The notes under the pieces: generated by a model
Seen by the model: only the letters and a program-made list of their open reading frames with translations
Database searches by the model: none
Told to the model about the DNA's origin: nothing
Position numbers and translations under genes: made by a program
Shown here: piece by piece, positions 7,831 through 15,108 of the stretch
Layout of the letters: every line of letters begins with the position of its first letter
Numbering within the stretch: the first letter of the stretch is position 1
Source: a virus
DNA length: 16,961 nt
Strand: one strand, 5' to 3'
IMG/VR virus record: IMGVR_UViG_3300029947_000044
Span: 1 to 16,961 of that record

Positions 7831-9386
7831 GCCGTCGCGAACTTCACCGGGATCAAGCCGTCGGCATGGGTCGTGGCTACGGCCATGTACCCGTAGACGC
7901 TGTAGCTGTTGGTCAGTCCCGTCACGTCCCCGTCCGTCAGCTGTGCGGGGCCGCCGGATTCCCAGATGGTCACGGCTGCCGGGTCGATGAAGCTGGCCAG
8001 ACCGGCATCGGCGTTCGGCAGAAGCACGACCGGGACTCGCATGAATGTGCCGGCCACGCCGGTAAGGTCGAAGCTGCCGATGGTGTCCGAGCCATCGCCG
8101 CTGAGATTAAAGAAACGATCACCGGTGTCCTTGAGTTTCACGAGCGCCTTGAGCACGTCTTTGGAGACCGCGAGGCGGGTCAGCGACACGTTTCGGGTGT
8201 CGGCCAGTTCGGACGCGTCGATGATGAGTGACACCCAGTTGTCGATGGTCATTTTCGCCAGCGACGGCGCGTCGAGCTTGTTGGCGTCATGCGCCGCGTC
8301 ACGCTGCGCCTTGATCTCCGCGTAAAGGTGGTCGCGGACGGCCTTTTCGGTGGCTTTCGCGTAGGCGTTCTGCAGTGCGCTCAGGGCGGTGTTGAGCATC
8401 GGCGTGGTGGACCGTTCGATTGTCTGGCGGGACAGGGTGGTGTAGCCGCCGTAGGTGTTGATGTCGGCCGTCTTGGTGCCGAAGGCGACTTTGCCGAAGG
8501 AGAGCGCGGAGCCTTCGGTCTCCTGTTTGCCGACTGCGGTGGTGTCGGAGGTCACGACATGGTATTCCATGCTCATGCCGGTTGCCGGGAGCGTGTCATG
8601 GGTCAGGAGTTGGGAGACCTTGCGGCGGTCCTCGATGAGTTTGAGGTCGTCGGCGATCCATGTGGCGGTGTTGCCGGTGTCTTTGACGGAGATCAGGTCG
8701 CGGCATTCCTTCATCACGTTCATGGCCTGTTCGTCGCCGCGTGCGAGGGCGCGCAGGTATTCGCCGTGGTCCCGGTACATGCCGCCGATGGCCGTGGGGG
8801 CGGTTTTCGTTCCCATCTTGCTGATTTCGGCCTTGATGCCGCGCTGTTCCTCCTGCATGGACTGGATCAAGTCCATCATTTCTTCGGTGCTTTCCATGTT
8901 TTCCTTTCTTTGTTCCACGGTGGCCGAAGCCGATTTGGTCATTTTCGCGTTCTGATAGGCTGGCCAGCTTACGATGCTGGTTTCGAGCAGGCGGACCTTT
9001 CTGCGGTGCGTGATGCCGTCGCGGTCCTTTGCCGATTCGATGGGGATGAAGCCGACAGAGAAGCTGTCGATGGCTCCGTCGCGGATCAGGGTCATCGCGT
9101 CGCGGCCTCGGGTGGTGTCGCTGATTCGCGCGGTGATGCGCAGTCCGTCGTCCGTGCTTTCCGCCTTGGTGATGCGGCCGATGGTCTCGCCGTGTTCAAA
9201 GCAGAGTTTTGCTTCGTCGATGCCGTCGAAGACGCAATCGCGGTCGAAGGTCTCGGCTCCGTCCCAGGTGTCGATGATGTCGCCGAAAGGCACTGCGATG
9301 CCATCGACGATGGAATCGCCGTCAGCGGTGTCGGCAGAGCGGAGTTTCAGGCCTTTCCATGTGATTTCACGTTTTTCGATGTTCAT
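7827..9386 (-). CDS. Fused HK97-family prohead protease (S78) + scaffold-like linker + HK97-fold major capsid protein (519 aa)
   Basis: Residues 1 to about 155 carry prohead-protease motifs (FEHGETIGRI; DGAIDSFSVGF; ETSIVSWPAYQNA). Residues from about 160 to 205 form a charged coiled-coil (EEMMDLIQSMQEEQRGIKAEISK). The remainder resembles an HK97-type capsid C-terminus. No separate protease or capsid ORF exists between the portal and the connectors. Confidence 0.8.
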   Translation of the reverse strand: MNIEKREITWKGLKLRSADTADGDSIVDGIAVPFGDIIDTWDGAETFDRDCVFDGIDEAKLCFEHGETIGRITKAESTDDGLRITARISDTTRGRDAMTLIRDGAIDSFSVGFIPIESAKDRDGITHRRKVRLLETSIVSWPAYQNAKMTKSASATVEQRKENMESTEEMMDLIQSMQEEQRGIKAEISKMGTKTAPTAIGGMYRDHGEYLRALARGDEQAMNVMKECRDLISVKDTGNTATWIADDLKLIEDRRKVSQLLTHDTLPATGMSMEYHVVTSDTTAVGKQETEGSALSFGKVAFGTKTADINTYGGYTTLSRQTIERSTTPMLNTALSALQNAYAKATEKAVRDHLYAEIKAQRDAAHDANKLDAPSLAKMTIDNWVSLIIDASELADTRNVSLTRLAVSKDVLKALVKLKDTGDRFFNLSGDGSDTIGSFDLTGVAGTFMRVPVVLLPNADAGLASFIDPAAVTIWESGGPAQLTDGDVTGLTNSYSVYGYMAVATTHADGLIPVKFATA

Positions 9387-10486
9387 TGTTCGTCTCCGTT
9401 TCCGATTGTCGGCAGTCCTTCCTTGCGACGCACGTCGTCGATGGTGAGGAATCCCGCTTCGATTGCCGTCTTGTAGGCGCTGTAGCGGTCGCTCATGTTC
9501 GCTCGTTGGGAGCTGTCCCAGTCGAATTTTGCGGTGCGGCCGCGGGGCAGGAGCCTGTTGAAGATTTCCTCGATCTCGCCGGTGTAGGCGGCGAGCGTGT
9601 AATCCGCGAATTCGATCCAGCTTTGCTCAATGTTCGAGTAGGTGATGTTCGACCCGTCGACGGCGGCGAGCATGATGCTTGCCGGTATGCCGAGCAGGCG
9701 GGCGATCTGCGTGGTGTCGAATTTCTGCGTTTCAAGGAATTGCAGGTCGGCGGGCTTCATGTCGAGGGGCACGTATTCCAGTGCTTTGCCGAGCACTTTG
9801 ACGTCGCCGGCGGTGCCGTCGCTTTTCCAGGCTTCCTTCGCCTGCTGTGCGGTTTCCTTCGTGATGTTCTCGGTGGTGCGTAGGTAGCCTTTGAGGTTCG
9901 ACCCGTCTGTGAAGAATCGGGCCTTGTAGTCGCGTGCGAGGCGTGCGCCCTCGATTTCCTCGCGTGCCGCGGAGATGGGGCCGAGTCCGCGCAGACGACC
10001 GGGGACGTTGAGGAATTTGCTGTGCACGATGTCGTTCGGCGTGTAGGCATGTCCGCTGTAGGAGAATCGCAGGTCTGGGCGTGCCGGATCGTCGCTTTCG
10101 TCTTTGACGGTCACGTATTGCGGCGGCAGGACCTCGCACGTCACGATCTCGCCCTGCCAGTCGCGCACGATGCGGGTGAAGGCGTTGCCGTCGAGCACAA
10201 GCGAGGCCACGATGTCGGCGATGAAGTCGCGGCGGGAGCGTGAGACGTCCGGTTGCAAGACCAGCGGGCTCACGTCCGGCAGGTCGCGGCCTCCGCGCTG
10301 CTCGACTATCGGCAGGCCGGTGATGGCGGTCTGCAACACCTGCACGCCGCGAAACACGGTGGACAGTTGGAGCGGTTCGCTGTCCGGGAGACGTGACGGC
10401 GGTTTGACGCCTTCCGGCATGTCAGTGCCTTCCGTGCCGCGCGTGAGCACGCGGCCGGCGAGCTTCATGCGTTGCCAAATGTTCAT
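9383..10486 (-). CDS. Portal protein (HK97 family, 367 aa)
   Basis: It lies between TerL and the protease-capsid gene, with an ATGA overlap on the latter. Size and sequence character fit Phage_portal family proteins. Confidence 0.8.
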   Translation of the reverse strand: MNIWQRMKLAGRVLTRGTEGTDMPEGVKPPSRLPDSEPLQLSTVFRGVQVLQTAITGLPIVEQRGGRDLPDVSPLVLQPDVSRSRRDFIADIVASLVLDGNAFTRIVRDWQGEIVTCEVLPPQYVTVKDESDDPARPDLRFSYSGHAYTPNDIVHSKFLNVPGRLRGLGPISAAREEIEGARLARDYKARFFTDGSNLKGYLRTTENITKETAQQAKEAWKSDGTAGDVKVLGKALEYVPLDMKPADLQFLETQKFDTTQIARLLGIPASIMLAAVDGSNITYSNIEQSWIEFADYTLAAYTGEIEEIFNRLLPRGRTAKFDWDSSQRANMSDRYSAYKTAIEAGFLTIDDVRRKEGLPTIGNGDEQ

Positions 10487-10508
10487 GTCGCCGACGATAT
10501 GGCCGTGG

Positions 10509-10566
10509 GTCTGTCATGGCCAAAAAAATTGTGACAATCGGTGACAGACGGTGACAGACGGTGACA
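10509..10566. repeat. Four GTGACA boxes with exact 10-bp phasing (10531, 10541, 10551, 10561), an A7 tract (10522-10528) and an inverted copy GTCTGTCA (10509-10516)
   Basis: Read directly: gtctgtcatggccaaaaaaattGTGACAatcgGTGACAgacgGTGACAgacgGTGACAcg, located in the 82-bp TerL-portal gap. Confidence 0.9.
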
Positions 10567-10568
10567 CG

Positions 10569-12002
10569 TCAGAAGATTTGCAGGGCTCCGTCGGCAGGCA
10601 GGTGGTGCGCGCCCCAAGAGGCCAGCATGGATGATTCGATCGGCGAGGTCAGTCCGGTGCTTCCGCGTCGTGTGACGCGCCATGCGTCGCCGCTCCATGT
10701 GCGCGCGCAGTTGGCCGCGCTTGCGTCGAGTTCGGCATCGGAGGCGTGGCGGATCAACCCGTTCTGCAGTCCGCTGACGAATGCCTGGCCGACGGCGAGG
10801 TAGTCGGATGATTGCATGGCGATGAAGTCGATCAGCGGGTCGCCTGCTTCGTCGGTCATGGACGCGAGCCGGTCGTGCAGGTCCGCGTTCGGTCCTTTGC
10901 CGTCCATGACCAGGGGAGCGTGATAGGCGTCGCAGATTCGCATGATCTCGGCGGGTGCCATGCCGGTTCCGTCCAGGACTTCGAGCAGCTGGACGGTCAC
11001 GGTGCCGTCATGGTCGAGGATCGCGGCCGAGATTGACGTGTGCGTGGCGTCCACATCGACGGCCGCGGCGATGACGATGCGTCTGCCGTCGATCTGGTCG
11101 GGTGTGATCGGCGTGGCCGATGTCGATTGCCAGAGGGCTTCTGGTATGACGCGCTCGGCCACGCCGTTGTCGCGGCGGTTGCCGAATGCGCGAGCCCAGC
11201 CGGCTTCGTTGCCGGCGAACTGCTCGCGGAAGTCACGGAGCTGTCGCGCGTCCCAGAGCAGGCCGGCGGCGGGATGCCATTTCAGAATCGTCGCGAAGTC
11301 CTCCGGGTCGGCGTCTTCCGGGATGCCAAAGTCGAACCAACATGTCCGTCCCGGCACGTTGCCGGCGCGGAATGAATCGAGCAGGCCGTTGAGGAAAGTG
11401 GAGTCGGCGGTGCCTTCCGTCGATGTGATCCAGATCTGCGGTTGCACTCCGGTGAAATGGAGGCGAGTGTTCATCGTCGGTGCCATGCCGTCGAGGATGA
11501 GCTTGCCGGTCTCATCGTCCAGGCTGAAAGCCTCATCGATGGTGAATTTGTCCATTTGCGTGCCGTGCCCAGCCACCTTGGTGACGGCGAGAGGGCAAAT
11601 GAAGCTGCCGTTGCGAAAACGTTGCTCCATGCCGCCGTTGGAGAGCCGCGGTTTGAGGGCGAATGGGGCGAGCGCCGACTTGGAGAGCTGTTGTACGAAG
11701 TCCTTGAAATGCTTTTCGGCGTCCTTGCCTGTTTGCGCGAGGTAGTAGATCTTCCGGTCGGAGCCGAGCAGGGCATTGCGGGTGTCCTCCGTGTCGATGA
11801 GGGTGCTCTTGCCGCATTGGCGCGGAGTGGACAGCACGACGCGGTCGTAGAAATATGTGCCGGTGGCCGGGTCGATTTCTCCGGCCACGTCAGCGACGTA
11901 CCGTTGCCATGGCAAAAGCGGTTTGCCGAGCATTTCGGCGGTGCGGGCCACCATGCCGCCGTCGGTCGGCCGTGATTCGTCACGTTTCGTGCCGCCACGC
12001 AT
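10569..12002 (-). CDS. terL: Terminase large subunit (about 477 aa)
   Basis: Walker A-like STPRQCGKST followed by a C-terminal nuclease-type region, in canonical position. Start is ATG 12002; the alternative is GTG 12014 overlapping the TerS stop. The upstream part of track ORF 10569..12104 overlaps TerS. Confidence 0.88.
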   Translation of the reverse strand: MRGGTKRDESRPTDGGMVARTAEMLGKPLLPWQRYVADVAGEIDPATGTYFYDRVVLSTPRQCGKSTLIDTEDTRNALLGSDRKIYYLAQTGKDAEKHFKDFVQQLSKSALAPFALKPRLSNGGMEQRFRNGSFICPLAVTKVAGHGTQMDKFTIDEAFSLDDETGKLILDGMAPTMNTRLHFTGVQPQIWITSTEGTADSTFLNGLLDSFRAGNVPGRTCWFDFGIPEDADPEDFATILKWHPAAGLLWDARQLRDFREQFAGNEAGWARAFGNRRDNGVAERVIPEALWQSTSATPITPDQIDGRRIVIAAAVDVDATHTSISAAILDHDGTVTVQLLEVLDGTGMAPAEIMRICDAYHAPLVMDGKGPNADLHDRLASMTDEAGDPLIDFIAMQSSDYLAVGQAFVSGLQNGLIRHASDAELDASAANCARTWSGDAWRVTRRGSTGLTSPIESSMLASWGAHHLPADGALQIF

Positions 12003-12010
12003 GGGCACGT

Positions 12011-12331
12011 TCACTTGTTGGCCTTCGCGTCGGCGATGAAGCTGGTGAGAGTCGGGTCGAGCTGAGGCTGTTCCGGATACATGGCTTTGAGTTCCTGGAA
12101 CCACGTCAGCAGAGACGTCATGTTGCGGCTGATTTCACGGCCTTTGCTGTTTTGACTGTCGATGTTCCTGGCGATGGACAGCATGGACTTGCAAATATAA
12201 GTCGCTTCTGGCGTCAGGGTCTTCCCGTCGATGAAGCTTTTGATGAGATTCATGGTCGCGGCTTCCTGGAGTCCGGCGGTGCCATACGGGTGTTCGTATT
12301 CCTCGAATCCTTCCAACATTCCTTGATTCAT
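12011..12331 (-). CDS. Probable terminase small subunit (106 aa; 121 aa if GTG 12376 is used)
   Basis: A small ORF immediately upstream of TerL and abutting it. ATG 12331 has an AAGGA RBS; GTG 12376 has none. No diagnostic motif was found, so the call rests on position. Confidence 0.5.
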   Translation of the reverse strand: MNQGMLEGFEEYEHPYGTAGLQEAATMNLIKSFIDGKTLTPEATYICKSMLSIARNIDSQNSKGREISRNMTSLLTWFQELKAMYPEQPQLDPTLTSFIADAKANK

Positions 12332-12436
12332 GTTTCGTTTTCCTTGGTTTTCCAACGTTTTCACGCTTTTTTGCACGGCTCTGGGGGGAGAAAAGACTGG
12401 GCGCGGGGTCTCGCTTTGGATTGATTCTTTAAAAAA

Positions 12437-13156
12437 TCACCAGCGCGGACGCGCCGTCGTCGCCGTCGGCGGGATGGTGCGCAATCCGAGGGCGGCGAGG
12501 CGCCTTCGTCGCGTCTGCTGACGTGCCTCCACGTTCTCTTGAGAGAGACGGAGCGAGTACCACTGTCTCACCAGCCTGCGATACAGTTCGTTCCGCGCAC
12601 GCGCCATGCTTTCCTCGTAGCCCGGGTCGAGGATATGCAGGTCGTAGTCGAGTGCGATCCATTCGGCGAGCATGTGCGGATGATGGCGGCTGGTAGGGAT
12701 GGTGCGTATCAGCCATACGTCTATCGGGTCGCTGCTCCTGGCGAAGTGGCGGTAGGCGGCTGACCATGCCATCGCCACGGCGCGACGCTGTTCCATGTCA
12801 TCGTCGTCGATGTTGAGCGCGGTGGAGAGCGCTGACCATGACACGACTGGATCGGTCGCCTTGGCGTGCTCGGCGATGTAGTCCACTGCCTCGCGGTCAC
12901 ATGAGCCCGGTGGACAGACGATCATGTGCAGTCGAGCGCCATAGCCGAAGAGCACGCGGTCCTGCCGGCTCGCGTTGCAATGCTTGCAGGCGCGGCGGAT
13001 GTTCGGCACGGTGTCCTTGCCGCCGGCGCTGAACGGGATGATGTGGTCATCCTCGGTCGCCTTGACTGTGCATCCCGGCATCTCAAGCCAGCACCGGTCG
13101 CCGTATCGTGCGATGACCTCGCTTCTGATACGAGGATTGATTGTCTGTCTTCTCAT
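12437..13156 (-). CDS. HNH endonuclease with a C-terminal domain of unknown function (239 aa)
   Basis: Start ATG 13156 with a GAAAGGAAAGG RBS and an ATGA overlap on the upstream gene. HNH motif: CWLEMPGC...DHIIPFSAGGKDTVPNIRRACKHCN. It is adjacent to the terminase genes, as in HK97-like cos phages. Confidence 0.85.
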   Translation of the reverse strand: MRRQTINPRIRSEVIARYGDRCWLEMPGCTVKATEDDHIIPFSAGGKDTVPNIRRACKHCNASRQDRVLFGYGARLHMIVCPPGSCDREAVDYIAEHAKATDPVVSWSALSTALNIDDDDMEQRRAVAMAWSAAYRHFARSSDPIDVWLIRTIPTSRHHPHMLAEWIALDYDLHILDPGYEESMARARNELYRRLVRQWYSLRLSQENVEARQQTRRRRLAALGLRTIPPTATTARPRW

Positions 13157-13347
13157 GCCTTTCCTTTCGCTCGTTGCGTCAAGATCCATCCGTTCACGTC
13201 CTGCTCGGCATAGCGGATTGCATTGCCGATTCTGATTGGCGGTGGTCCGATGATTGGGATTGACTGCCGCCATCTGATTAGCGTCCTTTCGCTGACGTTC
13301 AGGCGTTCCGCGGTTTCCGCCGTGGTCAACATGCGGATGCGCGTCAT
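13153..13347 (-). CDS. MerR-like/excisionase-family HTH DNA-binding protein (64 aa)
   Basis: LTTAETAERLNVSERTLIRWRQ...IRIGNAIRYAEQDVNGWI is the HTH_17/Xis pattern. ATGA overlaps occur at both ends. Confidence 0.65.
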   Translation of the reverse strand: MTRIRMLTTAETAERLNVSERTLIRWRQSIPIIGPPPIRIGNAIRYAEQDVNGWILTQRAKGKA

Positions 13348-13544
13348 GCCTTGGCCTTGGCTCTGAGCAGTGCGGCGATCTGTTCCATCTTCGCGGCGAC
13401 TATCGGCCAGTCGGCTTTCGCTATCGGCCCCCAGTAGAGTTGCGGGCCGCTCGGGCTTTGCGAGATCTGGCCAATCTGCAGGTCATCCGGCTGAGGGGTC
13501 TTGTGGTCCTCGATGTCCAGTGCAATGCGAATCTGCGGTTTCAA
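13344..13544 (-). CDS. Hypothetical protein (66 aa, TTG start)
   Basis: Stop-start coupled with both neighbours (TTGA and ATGA). Composition looks protein-like. No recognised domain. Confidence 0.55.
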   Translation of the reverse strand: MKPQIRIALDIEDHKTPQPDDLQIGQISQSPSGPQLYWGPIAKADWPIVAAKMEQIAALLRAKAKA

Positions 13545-13867
13545 ATCAGTGTTCCTTCTTTATACGTGTTCTTCTTTGTTTGTTTTGACCGGTAGGGCGT
13601 CCAGCTCGTCGCCCACTTGCGGAAGTCGCGGCAGTCGATGCGGAACGCGCCACATCGATATATCGGCAATCCCTGCGATTTGAGAGCGAGTACCGCGTAG
13701 ACGTTCGGTTCGTTCAGCGCGTGCACGATCTGCCAGATTTCGATGTCGGTCCGTTGATTGTTCGATGCGATTCGGTCTACCGCATCGGCGAAGCCGAGCA
13801 TGAGCTGTTGGCGTGATTCCGCTGGATAGTGCAGGACTTCGCTCAGGGATGGCTTAATCGACGACAT
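13541..13867 (-). CDS. Hypothetical protein (108 aa)
   Basis: An ORF in the operon frame with a 14-nt overlap on the upstream gene. No recognised domain. Confidence 0.6.
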   Translation of the reverse strand: MSSIKPSLSEVLHYPAESRQQLMLGFADAVDRIASNNQRTDIEIWQIVHALNEPNVYAVLALKSQGLPIYRCGAFRIDCRDFRKWATSWTPYRSKQTKKNTYKEGTLI

Positions 13868-14135
13868 AGGCCCACATTCCGCACCATTTCGCGAGTGGTT
13901 TCAGCAGAGCGTCGGAATCGTACATCTTGCCGCCTGTAGGCGATTTGTAGACGGGTTTCGGAGCCTTGCCGAACGCGAGCTTGAGAGCGAGCTGGAGCTG
14001 GTTGTCGTTCAATCCGGACGTCTTCAGGAGCTGTTGACGTGACGTGTTCGCTTTTCGTTTAATGTTCCCATCAATCATCGGGAGACTGAGTGCGATCTGT
14101 GCCTTGAGTTTCTCGGGGAATGTTGCTCTACTCAT
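13854..14135 (-). CDS. Hypothetical protein (93 aa), possibly DNA-binding
   Basis: ATG 14135 is preceded by GGAAAGGATGGG. It is basic and helical (SRQQLLKTSGLNDNQLQLALKL). It is the first gene downstream of the non-coding repeat region. Confidence 0.6.
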   Translation of the reverse strand: MSRATFPEKLKAQIALSLPMIDGNIKRKANTSRQQLLKTSGLNDNQLQLALKLAFGKAPKPVYKSPTGGKMYDSDALLKPLAKWCGMWAYVVD

Positions 14136-14204
14136 TTCCCATCCTTTCCGTAGATTTCGGTTGGTGAAAGCTTGAGAGGTCAAGACCTAGAATCAGTCGA
14201 AGAA

Positions 14205-14390
14205 GATTCCCGGCCGAGAATTTCGGCCGAGATGGTCAACTGATTCCAAAGGTCTCGTTTCGGTCGGAGCCGCGCCGTCGATAACAAGAGCGGCCGAAGC
14301 CGCCGGGAATGGTCCCCAATCAGACCACGGCCGAAGCCGCCTATGGTCGCCCGATTCCGCCTTAATCGACGGCCTGAAAGGGTCGGGAGC
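14205..14390. repeat. Iteron-like cluster of short direct repeats in a region of about 320 bp that lacks convincing coding sequence
   Basis: CGGCCGAGA occurs twice (14211, 14224). The 14-mer CGGCCGAAGCCGCC occurs twice (14291, 14328), each copy followed by (A/T)ATGGTC. ATGGTC also follows the second CGGCCGAGA copy (14224). GATTCC occurs three times (14205, 14242, 14353). Confidence 0.7.
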
Positions 14391-14502
14391 TAAACTTCGT
14401 CTCTCAAATAGCGCGATAGCCACGCGCCTGGCGTTACCGGTCGCTAACCCGGCTCAGCGGTGGCAGGGGTACGCCATACGCCCCATAAGCCGTTAAGTTT
14501 TG

Positions 14503-14619
14503 TCAGTCTTCGTTCGTTAGGAAGTCGCCCAGACGAACAATCGCGAGCACCAGCCCCAACATGACAAACACGAAGGGGCTTAGCAGAATCAGCAGCACGG
14601 TCTGAACAAAGCGCCTCAT
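14503..14619 (-). CDS. Small hydrophobic (single-pass membrane) peptide, 38 aa
   Basis: Not in the ORF track because it is under 60 aa. Sequence: MRRFVQTVLLILLSPFVFVMLGLVLAIVRLGDFLTNED. Its ATG overlaps the upstream stop as ATGA (14616-14619). Confidence 0.5.
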   Translation of the reverse strand: MRRFVQTVLLILLSPFVFVMLGLVLAIVRLGDFLTNED

Positions 14620-14768
14620 TCCTCGAAGCATCGCGCGACCTGCCTTTCCAAGTCCTCAAGCTGGATGCCGTTGAGCGGGACGCGCAAGGTCATGCCGTCC
14701 TCCGTCTCCACGATCAGCTCGAAGAAGCAATCCTTCTTGCCTGGCACACGCCTTGCCGTGACAGTCAT
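14616..14768 (-). CDS. Hypothetical protein (50 aa)
   Basis: Only the last 50 codons of track ORF 14616..14981 look protein-like (MTVTARRVPGKKDCFFELIVETEDGMTLRV...). ATG 14768 forms an ATGA overlap with the upstream stop. Confidence 0.55.
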   Translation of the reverse strand: MTVTARRVPGKKDCFFELIVETEDGMTLRVPLNGIQLEDLERQVARCFEE

Positions 14769-15001
14769 TCCTGTGTCCCTTCCCATTCGCGGCGGGCACG
14801 CCGCGCGTGCGTCATCGCCTTGTTGATTGAGGCCTTCATCTTTTGAAGGTCGCCCATGTCCAAGCCATCGAACCCGAACGTGCTTCCGGCCACCTTGATG
14901 TGGCAGGCGAAGCGGTAGGGGTTGCCGCCGGTGCATTCCGACGGGTCGATGTCCTGCACCTGGAAGTAATTGCTGGTGCATTCCGGATCAAAAACGCTCA
15001 T
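14765..15001 (-). CDS. Hypothetical protein (78 aa)
   Basis: AAGGAG RBS 7 nt upstream of ATG 15001. Protein-like composition. No recognised domain. Confidence 0.7.
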   Translation of the reverse strand: MSVFDPECTSNYFQVQDIDPSECTGGNPYRFACHIKVAGSTFGFDGLDMGDLQKMKASINKAMTHARRARREWEGTQE

Positions 15002-15108
15002 TTCACTGCTCCTTGATTCATGGATGGACGGTTAGGCCCCTTCCTCCGCAGCGATAGGCTTGTAATCGCACAAACCAAACCTTTCAAACAACGAAGGAAG
15101 GAAGAGTA

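Noticed and set aside
10531-10566. A CRISPR-like array.
   Set aside because: The units are only 10 bp with no spacers and only four copies. No cas genes or leader are present. It is a phased binding-site-type repeat.
14193-14423. A 76-aa minus-strand ORF in the repeat region.
   Set aside because: It has a GTG start and no Shine-Dalgarno sequence. Its third-position GC (43 of 76 codons by my count) appears lower than in the late genes. It is not stop-start coupled like every other gene in the operon, and it is filled with short DNA direct repeats. It is kept only as an alternative in the finding.
15059-15087. A sigma-70-like promoter for the moron (TTGTAA-17 nt-TTCAAA).
   Set aside because: The -10 candidate lacks the invariant A2 and T6 positions, so it is too weak to report as a feature.
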